Origin: an uncultured Candidatus Saccharibacteria bacterium
GTDB lineage: Bacteria > Patescibacteriota > Minisyncoccia > Phycocordibacterales > Phycocordibacteraceae
DNA length: 64,000 nucleotides
Direction of reading: 5' to 3'
NCBI GenBank assembly: GCA_964652615.1
Contig: CAZZAT010000001.1
Span: 284,337 to 348,336, forward strand
The position numbers and the translations under genes were made by a program. Below the pieces are notes generated by a model. That model worked only from the letters and a program-made list of their open reading frames with translations, did not search any database and was not told the DNA's origin. Shown here piece after piece: positions 18,012 through 26,940 of the stretch (position 1 is its first letter; the number at the start of each line of letters is the position of its first letter).

Positions 18012-18778
18012 TCTTTTCTGAACAGCAAATCGAAGATGCTTTGAATGCAGCCCCTCAAGCGATACGGGACGTGCTTGAGGATGGTACACTTGACACATCT
18101 GTAGCGAAATCCTGCCAAGAACAAGGTCTCCATGTCGACCAAATTGGCGCTGTCGCTTTACACTCGCAAAATATACTCATAGGACTGCTGAAACCTTCAG
18201 AGTTTATATTCGAACTTGAATCAAGTGGAATCCCTAAGCCTGTAGCAAATGCCATTCTTCAAGACTTAAACGAACAGGTATTTAAACCATTGAACGAGAA
18301 AATACGGGCTGAAAAGGAAAGTGGGGAAGAAACACCAGAAGAGCCTGTAGAACCTACCCGCACGCCAGAAAAACCTGCGCCACCTCCACCCCCACGTATC
18401 GAAATAGCCGTACAGGAACCACCTCCTGTTCCTGTTATAGCTCCTCAAGTTCAAGCTCCTGTTGCTACGCCTCCTGCACCCACGCCAACTCCTCCACCTG
18501 TAGCACCAATGCCTCCAGCACCTACACCTCCTCCAACCCCTGCACCAGAGCCGCCTGCACCTCCAGCAACTCCGCAAATGCGCACCATGGCGCATGATGT
18601 CGAAGCGCTCAAAGATGGAAAGATGCCTGAACCACAGCGTCCTGCCCCACCTACACCGCAAACTCCTGCACAAGCACCGGTCACACATGAAGCAGCGCAA
18701 GATATGCCAAGCCATCAAGAAGTAACTGAATCTTTGAAGCAGTACGGTGTTGACCCCTATCGAGAACCCGTAGAATAG
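18008..18778 (+). CDS. Proline-rich protein (PPAPTP repeats), T4SS-like operon
   Basis: Start overlaps the previous stop; central (P-x)n low-complexity region. Confidence 0.4.
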   Translation: MIFSEQQIEDALNAAPQAIRDVLEDGTLDTSVAKSCQEQGLHVDQIGAVALHSQNILIGLLKPSEFIFELESSGIPKPVANAILQDLNEQVFKPLNEKIRAEKESGEETPEEPVEPTRTPEKPAPPPPPRIEIAVQEPPPVPVIAPQVQAPVATPPAPTPTPPPVAPMPPAPTPPPTPAPEPPAPPATPQMRTMAHDVEALKDGKMPEPQRPAPPTPQTPAQAPVTHEAAQDMPSHQEVTESLKQYGVDPYREPVE

Positions 18779-18817
18779 CGGATAGCTCGCTTCAAGAGCT
18801 TGGTATACTAGTTTGTA

Positions 18818-19243
18818 ATGGAGTACCAAGTTCCTCAATTTATCGAGGTTGAAGATAAGATTTTTGGACCGCTTACCTTAAAGCAGTTCATCTATCTTGC
18901 TGGAGGCGCAGGTCTCTGCGTCGTGCTTCTGCTCTACCTTCCATTTTTCTTTGGCGTACTGCTTGCAATACCGGTAGCCGCTCTCTCTCTTGCGCTTGCG
19001 TTCTATAAGATTAACGGGAAGTCGTTCGTTGAAATGATGGAATACGGCTTTAACTATCTTATAGGGAAGCGCCTGTATCTCTGGAAAAAGGTTAAGGAAC
19101 CGGTTGTGCCGGCAGCAACGCCCGCAGAAACACTAGGAGGAGCCCCCGCCATAGCTCCGAAAGAGGGGTTGTCTCGAAGAAAGCTTGAAGACCTTGCGTG
19201 GGCACTTGATGTAAAGACTGACCGCGACCAAACCATTACGTAG
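18818..19243 (+). CDS. PrgI/VirB3-like small membrane protein
   Basis: MEYQVPQFIEVEDKIFGPLTLKQFIYLAGG followed by two TM helices; immediately precedes VirB4. Confidence 0.5.
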   Translation: MEYQVPQFIEVEDKIFGPLTLKQFIYLAGGAGLCVVLLLYLPFFFGVLLAIPVAALSLALAFYKINGKSFVEMMEYGFNYLIGKRLYLWKKVKEPVVPAATPAETLGGAPAIAPKEGLSRRKLEDLAWALDVKTDRDQTIT

Positions 19244-19247
19244 CCCT

Positions 19248-19883
19248 ATGCCCGAAGCAAACCCAACACAAGCATTCGTTCCCGTAAAAGAAGTCCGTAA
19301 TGGCATTATCATCCTGAAAGACGGAGGGTACCGTGGCGTGCTTATGTGCTCCTCATTAAACTTCGCCCTAAAATCAGAAGATGAGCAGCGCGCCATCATT
19401 GGAGGCTTCCAGAACTTCCTTAATACGCTCGATTTCTCGGTTGAGATAGTGGTGCAGTCTCGCCGCATGGATATACGCCCCTATCTTGCGTTCCTTGAAA
19501 CACTAGAGCCGACCCAGAAGACTGACCTTATGAAGATACAGCTGCGCGAGTACATTCAATTCATTAAGAACTTCATTGAAGGCTCCGACATCATGACGAA
19601 GCTCTTCTACGTCATCGTGCCATTTAACGCAGCCCCAGGAACAGAAGTCGCAAGCGCTCTGCCGTTTCTCCAAAAGAAACCAGAGAAAGCCACTGCAGGA
19701 CTCTCTGGCTCTTTTGAAGAGCATCGTATTCAGCTTGAGCAGCGCATGGGACTCGTGTCTTCCAGCCTTATGTCAACAGGATTACGGGCGGTACCGCTTG
19801 GAACCGAGGAGGTGATAGAGCTTTTGTACCGCTCGTTCAATTCGGGGGATATAGGAGGTCCGATACAACTTACTGAAAAATAA
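19248..19883 (+). CDS. VirB4-like protein, N-terminal domain fragment (split gene)
   Basis: Ends 1 nt before the VirB4 ATPase ORF, in a different frame; the two ORFs together make about 819 aa, the length of a normal VirB4; junction lies at an A5 homopolymer. Confidence 0.5.
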   Translation: MPEANPTQAFVPVKEVRNGIIILKDGGYRGVLMCSSLNFALKSEDEQRAIIGGFQNFLNTLDFSVEIVVQSRRMDIRPYLAFLETLEPTQKTDLMKIQLREYIQFIKNFIEGSDIMTKLFYVIVPFNAAPGTEVASALPFLQKKPEKATAGLSGSFEEHRIQLEQRMGLVSSSLMSTGLRAVPLGTEEVIELLYRSFNSGDIGGPIQLTEK

Positions 19884-19884
19884 T

Positions 19885-21711
19885 ATGGCTCTTCTTGATT
19901 TTCTAAACAAAAAGCATAAGGATGCACAAGCTTCTACGGTCGTTGCGCCGGTGCTTCCGCAGGATATCTATGCGGAAGGAGCGCTCTCTCTTGCGGACAC
20001 CATCGCTCCCGCAGCTTTGAAGGTAAGCGCTAAAGAAATCACGCTTGGCGAGAAGATGTCGCGTACCTTCTATACCATCTCCTACCCGCGCTACCTTACT
20101 GACAGCTGGTTTACGCCGGTTGTAAATATGCCGCAGGTTTTTGATGCATCTATTTTCATTCATCCAGTAGATACAGCACAGGCGCTCCGAGGCTTCCAAC
20201 GAAAGGTAGCCGAGGTACAAAGCCAGATTTCGGAGCGTGCAGAGAAGGGGCTTGTGCGTGATCCGATGCTTGATACTGCCTACCAAGACCTTGAGGCGCT
20301 ACGCGATAACCTCCAACAGGCACAGGAGCGGCTCTTTGATGTAGGCCTCTACCTCACCATATACGGCGACTCGAAGGAGCATCTCGATAAGATTGAAGCG
20401 GAGGTGCGCGGCATACTCGACTCAAGGCTTATCTACACGAAACCTGCTCTCTTTCAGCAGGAACAGGGTTTTCGTTCAACGCTTCCGCTTGCAAACGATG
20501 AACTTGCCGTACATTCGAAGTTAAACTCTTCTCCTCTTTCATCAATCTTCCCATTCGTTTCCTTCGACCTTACAAGTGACAAGGGTATTCTCTTTGGTGT
20601 TAACCGCCACAACGCCTCTCTCATTCTCTTCGACAGGTTTTCACTTGAAAACTACAATTCAGTCGTGTTTGCAAAGTCTGGTTCCGGTAAGTCCTATGCG
20701 GTGAAGCTTGAGATTCTCCGCTCGCTTATGTTTGGAACGGACGTGATTGTTATCGACCCTGAACGCGAGTATGAGTACTTAGCAGAAGCTACCGGCGGAC
20801 GCCTCTTCAACATCTCGCTCTCTTCAGAACACCACATCAATCCGTTTGACCTTCCGCCGGTCAAAGAAGACGAGACGCCTTCTGACATTCTTCGCTCAAA
20901 CATCATTAATCTCGTAGGTCTCTTCCGCATCATGCTTGGCGGCCTTACTCCTGAAGAAGACGCCATTGTCGACAGGGCGATAACCGAGACCTATGCTTTG
21001 AAGGACATAACGGGGGATAGAGACTTTAGCGGTATCGAAGCGCCTCTCTTGTCTGACTTTGAGAACGTACTTTCGGGCATGGCAGGGTCCGAGTCTCTCG
21101 TCGCGCGGCTTTCAAAATACACCCGCGGTACGTGGGCAGGCTTTATGAACCAACCGACAAACGTCGACATCGGGAAGCAATTCATCGTCTTCTCGGTGCG
21201 CGATATGGAAGACGAGTTGAAACCGGTTGCTATGTACATCGTCACGCACTACATATGGAATGCGGTGCGGCGCGATTTGAAAAAGCGCATTCTTGTTATC
21301 GACGAGGCGTGGTGGATGATGAAGTCGGAAGATACTGCTTCCTTCCTCTACAGCCTCGCCAAGCGCGGCCGCAAATACTACCTTGGCGTCTCAACCATAA
21401 CGCAAGACGTTGAAGACTTCCTGAAGAGTCCGTACGGAAAACCTATTCTCACAAACTCCTCAATACAGCTTCTCTTGAAGCAATCGCCCACAACTATCGA
21501 CCTCTTGAAGGACATCTTCAATCTTACTGAAGAAGAGAAGTTCCTTCTTTTGGAGTCTGGGGTGGGAGAGGGCTTGTTCTTTGCGGGCTTGAAGCACGTT
21601 GCCATAAAGATAGTGGCTTCCTATACCGAAGACCAGATTATTACGTCAGATCCATCCCAGCTCCTTGCTATTAAGCGGGAAAAACAACGCCTTGAAATGG
21701 CGAAGGAATAG
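19885..21711 (+). CDS. VirB4/TrbE-family type IV secretion ATPase (C-terminal part)
   Basis: Walker A VVFAKSGSGKSY, Walker B ILVIDEAWWMM, VIDPEREY, TQDVEDF. Confidence 0.8.
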   Translation: MALLDFLNKKHKDAQASTVVAPVLPQDIYAEGALSLADTIAPAALKVSAKEITLGEKMSRTFYTISYPRYLTDSWFTPVVNMPQVFDASIFIHPVDTAQALRGFQRKVAEVQSQISERAEKGLVRDPMLDTAYQDLEALRDNLQQAQERLFDVGLYLTIYGDSKEHLDKIEAEVRGILDSRLIYTKPALFQQEQGFRSTLPLANDELAVHSKLNSSPLSSIFPFVSFDLTSDKGILFGVNRHNASLILFDRFSLENYNSVVFAKSGSGKSYAVKLEILRSLMFGTDVIVIDPEREYEYLAEATGGRLFNISLSSEHHINPFDLPPVKEDETPSDILRSNIINLVGLFRIMLGGLTPEEDAIVDRAITETYALKDITGDRDFSGIEAPLLSDFENVLSGMAGSESLVARLSKYTRGTWAGFMNQPTNVDIGKQFIVFSVRDMEDELKPVAMYIVTHYIWNAVRRDLKKRILVIDEAWWMMKSEDTASFLYSLAKRGRKYYLGVSTITQDVEDFLKSPYGKPILTNSSIQLLLKQSPTTIDLLKDIFNLTEEEKFLLLESGVGEGLFFAGLKHVAIKIVASYTEDQIITSDPSQLLAIKREKQRLEMAKE

Positions 21712-21714
21712 GCA

Positions 21715-22341
21715 ATGGCACAGCTTCCAAGCGTACAGCAGGTCGTAAGTGTTTCTCGAGCAGTACAGAAATCTGACCTCGGAAGAGTTTTGGATGAAGA
21801 GGGTAAACGCATAAAAAACCAAGGAGCTGCAGCACTTATTACCGTGGCTCTCTTGGCTGACTTAGTCCAGTCGCTACAGCTTATTCCTGGCCTTGGTTTC
21901 CTCTTTATTGCGCCCGCCATAGCCGCAGTCGTCTTCGGGTATGTCTTTATTATCATCGCCCTTAAGTTTTTCTTTGACGGCATAGAGCTTATTGGCGGCC
22001 AGTACACCATGATGAAGGGTGGGGCGCTTATCGTGTCCGCTCTTGTTGAGTTCGTCCCGTTTATTAGCGCCTTTCCTGCTATAACTCCTGGCGTTGTGGC
22101 CATCATAATTGCAACGCGCCTTGAGGATATTGGTAAGGAACGTCTCATACCTACCACTAAAGAGGTGGTAGGCAGAGCCTTTCAAAGCAAGCGTGGACGT
22201 CAAAGAACTGATGAGTTGTATCGGGCTAGATTCCAACGTTCAGTAAACGAGGTTGCAGACGACTTTTACGAAAAACTGCAAGAGGAGGAAGAGCGGCAGG
22301 CTCTCAAAGAGGAGCAGAAACGCAAGGTGCGTGCCTTTTAG
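21715..22341 (+). CDS. Membrane protein, unknown function, T4SS-like operon
   Basis: Three or four TM helices then a charged coiled-coil tail. Confidence 0.4.
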   Translation: MAQLPSVQQVVSVSRAVQKSDLGRVLDEEGKRIKNQGAAALITVALLADLVQSLQLIPGLGFLFIAPAIAAVVFGYVFIIIALKFFFDGIELIGGQYTMMKGGALIVSALVEFVPFISAFPAITPGVVAIIIATRLEDIGKERLIPTTKEVVGRAFQSKRGRQRTDELYRARFQRSVNEVADDFYEKLQEEEERQALKEEQKRKVRAF

Positions 22342-23351
22342 TGCCCACAGCGCATCTTCGCCACACACTAAGACGCGCTATACTTCTTGTGATGCTTCGC
22401 GCTCTTCTACTTCTCGTCTTTATTGCTATACCTGTGTCTGTATCGGCACAGTTCTCTCCTGATGCAAAACCACTTCGGATTAGTATCTCCCCTGAATATC
22501 CGCGTCCCTATGACCAAGTGACGGTCTCGCTTGAGAGCAACCTTATTAACCTCTCTGCAGCAGATCTCGTTATATCCGTAAATGGAGCAGTTATTGAAGA
22601 GGGATCAAAGACAGCTACCTTTAAGGCGGGAGGTCCTGGAACGAGATCGGTCATCCGTGCATCTGCAACAACTCCTGCAAGCACCGAATCAGCTGAAAAG
22701 ACGATAGTTCCTGCTGAAATAGCGCTTGTTATTGAACCATCGGGAACTTCGCATCCTTTCTATGACGGCGGTCTTTTAGTGCCAAGCGAAGGCCGCCTTC
22801 GCATCATTGCGCTTGGCGATCTTCGAAGCACGCCGGGAACACGCCTTTCTGAAGCTGATGTGAGCTATACCTGGAAAGTGGGGGATAGGAACCTATCCGA
22901 GGAGTCCGGTTTTGGAAAGAACGTCCTTACCGCAATAGCTCCCACTCGCTATCGCGATACCCAAGTGACCGTAACTGCAACAAGTCGCGACAGAACCGTT
23001 GTTGCACGTTCATCAATATCTGTGTCTCCCGTGGACCCGATAGTACGTTTCTATAGCGATGACCCGCTTTCTGGAACAAACTTTGCTGCTGCCATTACCG
23101 ATGCCTTTTCGTTTAGCGGCAGTGAGGCTGGCTTCCGCATTGTTCCGTTCTATTTCAAGGAGACCCCTTCGTTCTCCTGGAGACTAAACGGAACAGAAAG
23201 TGGTACCCAAGACACCATCACAGTGCGTTCAAGCGGAGGTTCTGGGTCAGCAGTACTTTCTGCTGATGCTATGCTTGGAACCATACGAGCAAGCGAATCA
23301 TTTAACCTTCGCTTTGAAACAGCGCGCCAAGGCGGCTTCTTCGGATTCTAA
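22341..23351 (+). CDS. Secreted hypothetical protein, T4SS-like operon
   Basis: GTG start overlapping the upstream stop; signal peptide ...IAIPVSVSAQ; beta-rich composition. Confidence 0.45.
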   Translation: MPTAHLRHTLRRAILLVMLRALLLLVFIAIPVSVSAQFSPDAKPLRISISPEYPRPYDQVTVSLESNLINLSAADLVISVNGAVIEEGSKTATFKAGGPGTRSVIRASATTPASTESAEKTIVPAEIALVIEPSGTSHPFYDGGLLVPSEGRLRIIALGDLRSTPGTRLSEADVSYTWKVGDRNLSEESGFGKNVLTAIAPTRYRDTQVTVTATSRDRTVVARSSISVSPVDPIVRFYSDDPLSGTNFAAAITDAFSFSGSEAGFRIVPFYFKETPSFSWRLNGTESGTQDTITVRSSGGSGSAVLSADAMLGTIRASESFNLRFETARQGGFFGF

Positions 23352-23353
23352 CC

Positions 23354-24388
23354 ATGAATTTCCTCACCAAAACCCTTCTTGCAGCCGGCGCTCTTGCGCT
23401 TCTTAGCTCTCCCACGCTTCTATTTGCACAAGAAACGGTCGTCTTTACTCCTCTAACCGGCCTTCCAGGACTGACTGATGTAAGCAGCGCGGACGCAATA
23501 GGAGACTTCCTAAACGTCATTTATCGACTCTGTGTAGGTATCGCTGCAACGCTTGCGGTACTGAAGATAATTCAGGCAGGTGTTATGTACATGCGAAGCG
23601 ACAGTATTACCGGACATAAGGAAGCGCGCGACATTATAAAAACATCTTTGCTTGGATTGGTGCTTGTTCTTTCTCCAGCTATTGTCTTCGGCCTCATTGA
23701 TCCTCGTATTTTGAGTCTCTCCCTAAACACAACACCGCTTCAGCTTTCGGAACTTGCGCCACAAAATCCTTCTGGTGGGTTAAACGCTGCCCAAAGGCAA
23801 GTCATAGTTAATGAGGTTGTCGCTGCTGCGCAGGCTTGTGGTGTGCAGGCAACCGAGCAACAGGGGAGATGTTTTCTTGACAGTATGCCTGATACGGAAC
23901 GAACACGCGCTTGTATCCCTGGCATCACCGATGCACAGTTTCAGTGTATGGGAGAAGGAATAATTGAGGCAGGAGAGAGAATGCAAGCTGAAGAAAATCG
24001 CTGCCAAGCAGTAGCACCTATCACTGAAGGTAAAATGGTCTCTGAACAGTATCAAAACTGCTGCGCGCTTGCTGGTTTTCAAGCGGTTCGCTATGGATTC
24101 CGCAACGTAAACTATATGTGCACTAACTCTCCTCCAGAACAAGAAACTTCTCCGATAAATGCCGCCGAAGGAACTTACAATTTTGTGCTCTATGCGCTTT
24201 CTTCAGATGAAACATGTGTTCAACTTGTGCACGGTTCATACCCAGATCAAAGTACATGCACCGCACGGCTTGCCGAAGAACAAAATAGTCGACCTCAATA
24301 CACACCACTCTATTCTTGTGTTATTCCGCCGCTAAATACTTCTTTGTTTAATAAGCCTGTGTGTTCGAACATAACTACTGCAAACTAA
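23354..24388 (+). CDS. VirB2/TrbC-like pilin domain fused to a Cys-rich C-terminal domain
   Basis: Signal peptide, then two hydrophobic helices (...IYRLCVGIAATLAVLKIIQAGV..., ...SLLGLVLVLSPAIVFGLI) typical of T4SS pilins, then ~200 aa with 12 Cys. Confidence 0.45.
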   Translation: MNFLTKTLLAAGALALLSSPTLLFAQETVVFTPLTGLPGLTDVSSADAIGDFLNVIYRLCVGIAATLAVLKIIQAGVMYMRSDSITGHKEARDIIKTSLLGLVLVLSPAIVFGLIDPRILSLSLNTTPLQLSELAPQNPSGGLNAAQRQVIVNEVVAAAQACGVQATEQQGRCFLDSMPDTERTRACIPGITDAQFQCMGEGIIEAGERMQAEENRCQAVAPITEGKMVSEQYQNCCALAGFQAVRYGFRNVNYMCTNSPPEQETSPINAAEGTYNFVLYALSSDETCVQLVHGSYPDQSTCTARLAEEQNSRPQYTPLYSCVIPPLNTSLFNKPVCSNITTAN

Positions 24389-24389
24389 T

Positions 24390-25631
24390 ATGCGGCGCGT
24401 CTTCCTTATCATCCTCGCAATCATAGTTCTGATAGGTCTTGCGCTTGGCATCTATATGCTTTTCTTCTCTGCAAAAGCCCCTGACTTTACTGCAAACCCT
24501 GGATCTTTTGGTACGGGAGGAGAGTATGTTCCAGGAGAGTTCGGAGAGCCCGGAGAAGGAGAAGTGGGAGAAACTGAAACTGAAGCAGGAGAGGAAGTCG
24601 CGCCACGACTTGTAAAGATAACAGACGGTCCAGTTGCGTTTGGTTCAGTTGCTTTCACTACTGAAGAAGTAGTTGAAGGAGAAACAGTTGGCTCAACCAC
24701 TGCAAGTTCTACAGTGGTGTATGACACGGAAGTGCGCTATGTGGAGCGGTTAAGTGGAAACGTGTACGGCTACAAAGCACACGAGCGTACATTAACGAGA
24801 ATCTCAAACCGCACGCTTCCTGGCGTCTATGAAGCATCATGGCTTTCTGATGGTTCCACTGTATATGCGCGCTTCCTTACAGAAAGTGGTGCTGGAGATG
24901 AAGTGCTTGAAACCTATGCGCTTCCCGTACAGGAAGGGGAGGGTGGCTATTTCCTTGAGCCAAACATAGCGGAAGTTGCTGTGCGCGGAACAACGACAGT
25001 AGCAACACTTCTTCCAAGCTCAAGTGGCTCTCTTGCAAGCGCGTCTTCTGCAGATGGCGCAACGGTACGTACACTCTTTACTTCTTCTCTTTCAGCACTC
25101 CAGCTTCTTGCTTCGAATGTAGGGTACGCAGCGTACACAAACGCTTCAGCGCAGTCAGGAGGGTACGGGTTTTTGATAAGTGAGACCGGTGTATTTGAGC
25201 GTTTGGTTGGCCCGCTACGCGGCCTTACGCTTCTCCCAAGTCCTTCGGGTTCCTATGTGTTTTATACCTACCTTTCTGGAAGCACACTTCGTTCCGAACT
25301 TCTTGAAACCACATCTCGCGTCTCTACAACCATTCCTCTTGGCGCCCTTTCAGAAAAATGTGTCTGGGCTCCTGATGAATCAAGCATCTATTGTGCTGTG
25401 CCACGTTCGGTTTCAGGCACGCTTCCTGATGACTGGTACCAAGGTGTTGTTTCTTTCTCGGACCGCATATGGAAAGTCGATCTTGGCGCACGAGTGGCTG
25501 TTCTTGTTGTAGATCCACTAAACGCAGGGGGAGTGGCTATTGATGCCGTGAATCTTGCGATAGATCCGCGTGAAGATACGCTTGTATTTACAAACAAGAA
25601 GGATGATTCTCTTTGGGCGTACGACCTTTAG
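24390..25631 (+). CDS. Membrane-anchored hypothetical protein, Gly/Glu-rich linker plus probable beta-propeller-like domain
   Basis: N-terminal TM; GEFGEPGEGEVGE linker; last gene of the operon, convergent with yidC. Confidence 0.45.
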   Translation: MRRVFLIILAIIVLIGLALGIYMLFFSAKAPDFTANPGSFGTGGEYVPGEFGEPGEGEVGETETEAGEEVAPRLVKITDGPVAFGSVAFTTEEVVEGETVGSTTASSTVVYDTEVRYVERLSGNVYGYKAHERTLTRISNRTLPGVYEASWLSDGSTVYARFLTESGAGDEVLETYALPVQEGEGGYFLEPNIAEVAVRGTTTVATLLPSSSGSLASASSADGATVRTLFTSSLSALQLLASNVGYAAYTNASAQSGGYGFLISETGVFERLVGPLRGLTLLPSPSGSYVFYTYLSGSTLRSELLETTSRVSTTIPLGALSEKCVWAPDESSIYCAVPRSVSGTLPDDWYQGVVSFSDRIWKVDLGARVAVLVVDPLNAGGVAIDAVNLAIDPREDTLVFTNKKDDSLWAYDL

Positions 25632-26359
25632 GTCGAAGCTACGGTAGGGGTTTTGTGAAGGAAGCGTACAAGAAACTCTTGACCTACCATAAAGAGGCTT
25701 GAGGCAGAGAAGTAGAGGGCAATAGCTCCTGACGTAAGAGCAAAAGCGCCAATAAGAAGGGGGAGGATAAAGCGAGCTTGAAGCGCCATCGCGCGACCAA
25801 ACTCTTCCATAGTCGTTGCGGTGCCATTTGTATTCTTTGGCGGAACCGGAATGACGTACCACGCCTGTATGAACTGGGTTATGCCCGCAACAAGCGCAAG
25901 GACAATACTCATGCCTGCAACAGAGAAGACGCCGAGAAAGAGTGGGTTTACTGCCTCAGGGAGTGGAATAAATGAGTAGAGGAGGGAAGGATCAAGCGCT
26001 GTTGTTACCGCCCCTTGGCAGACGAAATAGAGGCCAAAAACAATAGGAATCTGCACAAAGAGCATAAGAATGCTTGCAAATGGTTTTACGCCTCGCTCTT
26101 TATAGAGAGCAAACATTTCACGAGCCTGTTTTTCCTTATCATCCTTGTATTTTTCGCGAAGCGCTTTCAGCTCCGGCTCTATGACTTTCATAGCCTTTTG
26201 CGTCTTTGCAGCCTCAAGAGAGAGGGGGAGGAGAACAAACTTCACTGCGAGCGTTACCCCTATCACTGCAAGTCCAAGGTCTCCACCTGGAATGATGTCT
26301 ATAAAGAAGACGAGGAGGTTATGAATGGGGAGATAGACGAGTGTGTGAAAAAGTTCCAT
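25628..26359 (-). CDS. yidC: Membrane protein insertase YidC (short form)
   Basis: 243-aa polytopic protein downstream of rnpA in the canonical rpmH-rnpA-yidC order; conserved ...KALREKYKDDKEKQAREM... Confidence 0.85.
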   Translation of the reverse strand: MELFHTLVYLPIHNLLVFFIDIIPGGDLGLAVIGVTLAVKFVLLPLSLEAAKTQKAMKVIEPELKALREKYKDDKEKQAREMFALYKERGVKPFASILMLFVQIPIVFGLYFVCQGAVTTALDPSLLYSFIPLPEAVNPLFLGVFSVAGMSIVLALVAGITQFIQAWYVIPVPPKNTNGTATTMEEFGRAMALQARFILPLLIGAFALTSGAIALYFSASSLFMVGQEFLVRFLHKTPTVAST

Positions 26360-26371
26360 AGCGACACTTGA

Positions 26372-26677
26372 TTATACTCGAGCGAGAAGGGTTTCCAACT
26401 CCTTCTTGAGCTCGCTAAAGGGGAGGGAAGGGGCGCCACTTCGTGCGTAGGCGATAATCGCCTTCGTGTGTGGTCCGCGCTTTAACACCTCAAGCATACG
26501 GCGCTTCATAAGATGGCGGTCTACAGAACGCTTTGCGACTTTCTTTGATACCACTGCAGAAAAGCCTGTTCCTTGGCTATAGGAAAGGGAGAAATGCTCG
26601 CTTATAAGGCGTTTTTTGGCTTGTAGGACCTTTGGAAACGCTTCCCTTGTAAGACGGAGCTTTTTGGGAAGGGTCAT
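26372..26677 (-). CDS. rnpA: Ribonuclease P protein component
   Basis: Basic 101-aa protein; position between rpmH and yidC. Confidence 0.8.
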   Translation of the reverse strand: MTLPKKLRLTREAFPKVLQAKKRLISEHFSLSYSQGTGFSAVVSKKVAKRSVDRHLMKRRMLEVLKRGPHTKAIIAYARSGAPSLPFSELKKELETLLARV

Positions 26678-26689
26678 TGACTACACTCT

Positions 26690-26842
26690 TTAGCGGCGAG
26701 GCTTTGAAACCGTGAGGGTCTTGCGGCCTTTGCGGCGGCGGCGAAGGAGTACGTTCTTGCCGGTAGGGCTCTTGGTGCGGGAAAGGAAGCCGTGCGTCTT
26801 GGCGCGCTTTCTCTTTTTTGGCTGATAGGTTCGCTTTGGCAT
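26690..26842 (-). CDS. rpmH: 50S ribosomal protein L34
   Basis: [46 protein letters not shown] from the internal ATG at 26842. Confidence 0.8.
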   Translation of the reverse strand: MPKRTYQPKKRKRAKTHGFLSRTKSPTGKNVLLRRRRKGRKTLTVSKPRR

Positions 26843-26852
26843 AGAAATGTGT

Positions 26853-26870
26853 TGTGGACTCTTATCCACA
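26853..26870. promoter_or_regulatory. Inverted pair of DnaA boxes (TGTGGAC / TTATCCACA) in the rpmH-dnaA intergenic region
   Basis: TGTGGACTCTTATCCACA; perfect consensus box TTATCCACA at 26862-26870, about 70 bp upstream of the dnaA start. Confidence 0.6.
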
Positions 26871-26940
26871 GGATAATAACAGGTTCTCCACCGCCACGCA
26901 ATGATTCGCAAAAGACCGTACTCGCGTATACTACAGGCTC

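Noticed and set aside
18266-18838. 190-aa W/R/C-rich minus-strand ORF (and a 77-aa Gly-rich ORF at 18451-18684)
   Set aside because: These are antisense to the proline-rich gene 18008-18778. Their composition is simply the complement of CCN/GCN codons, so they are spurious.
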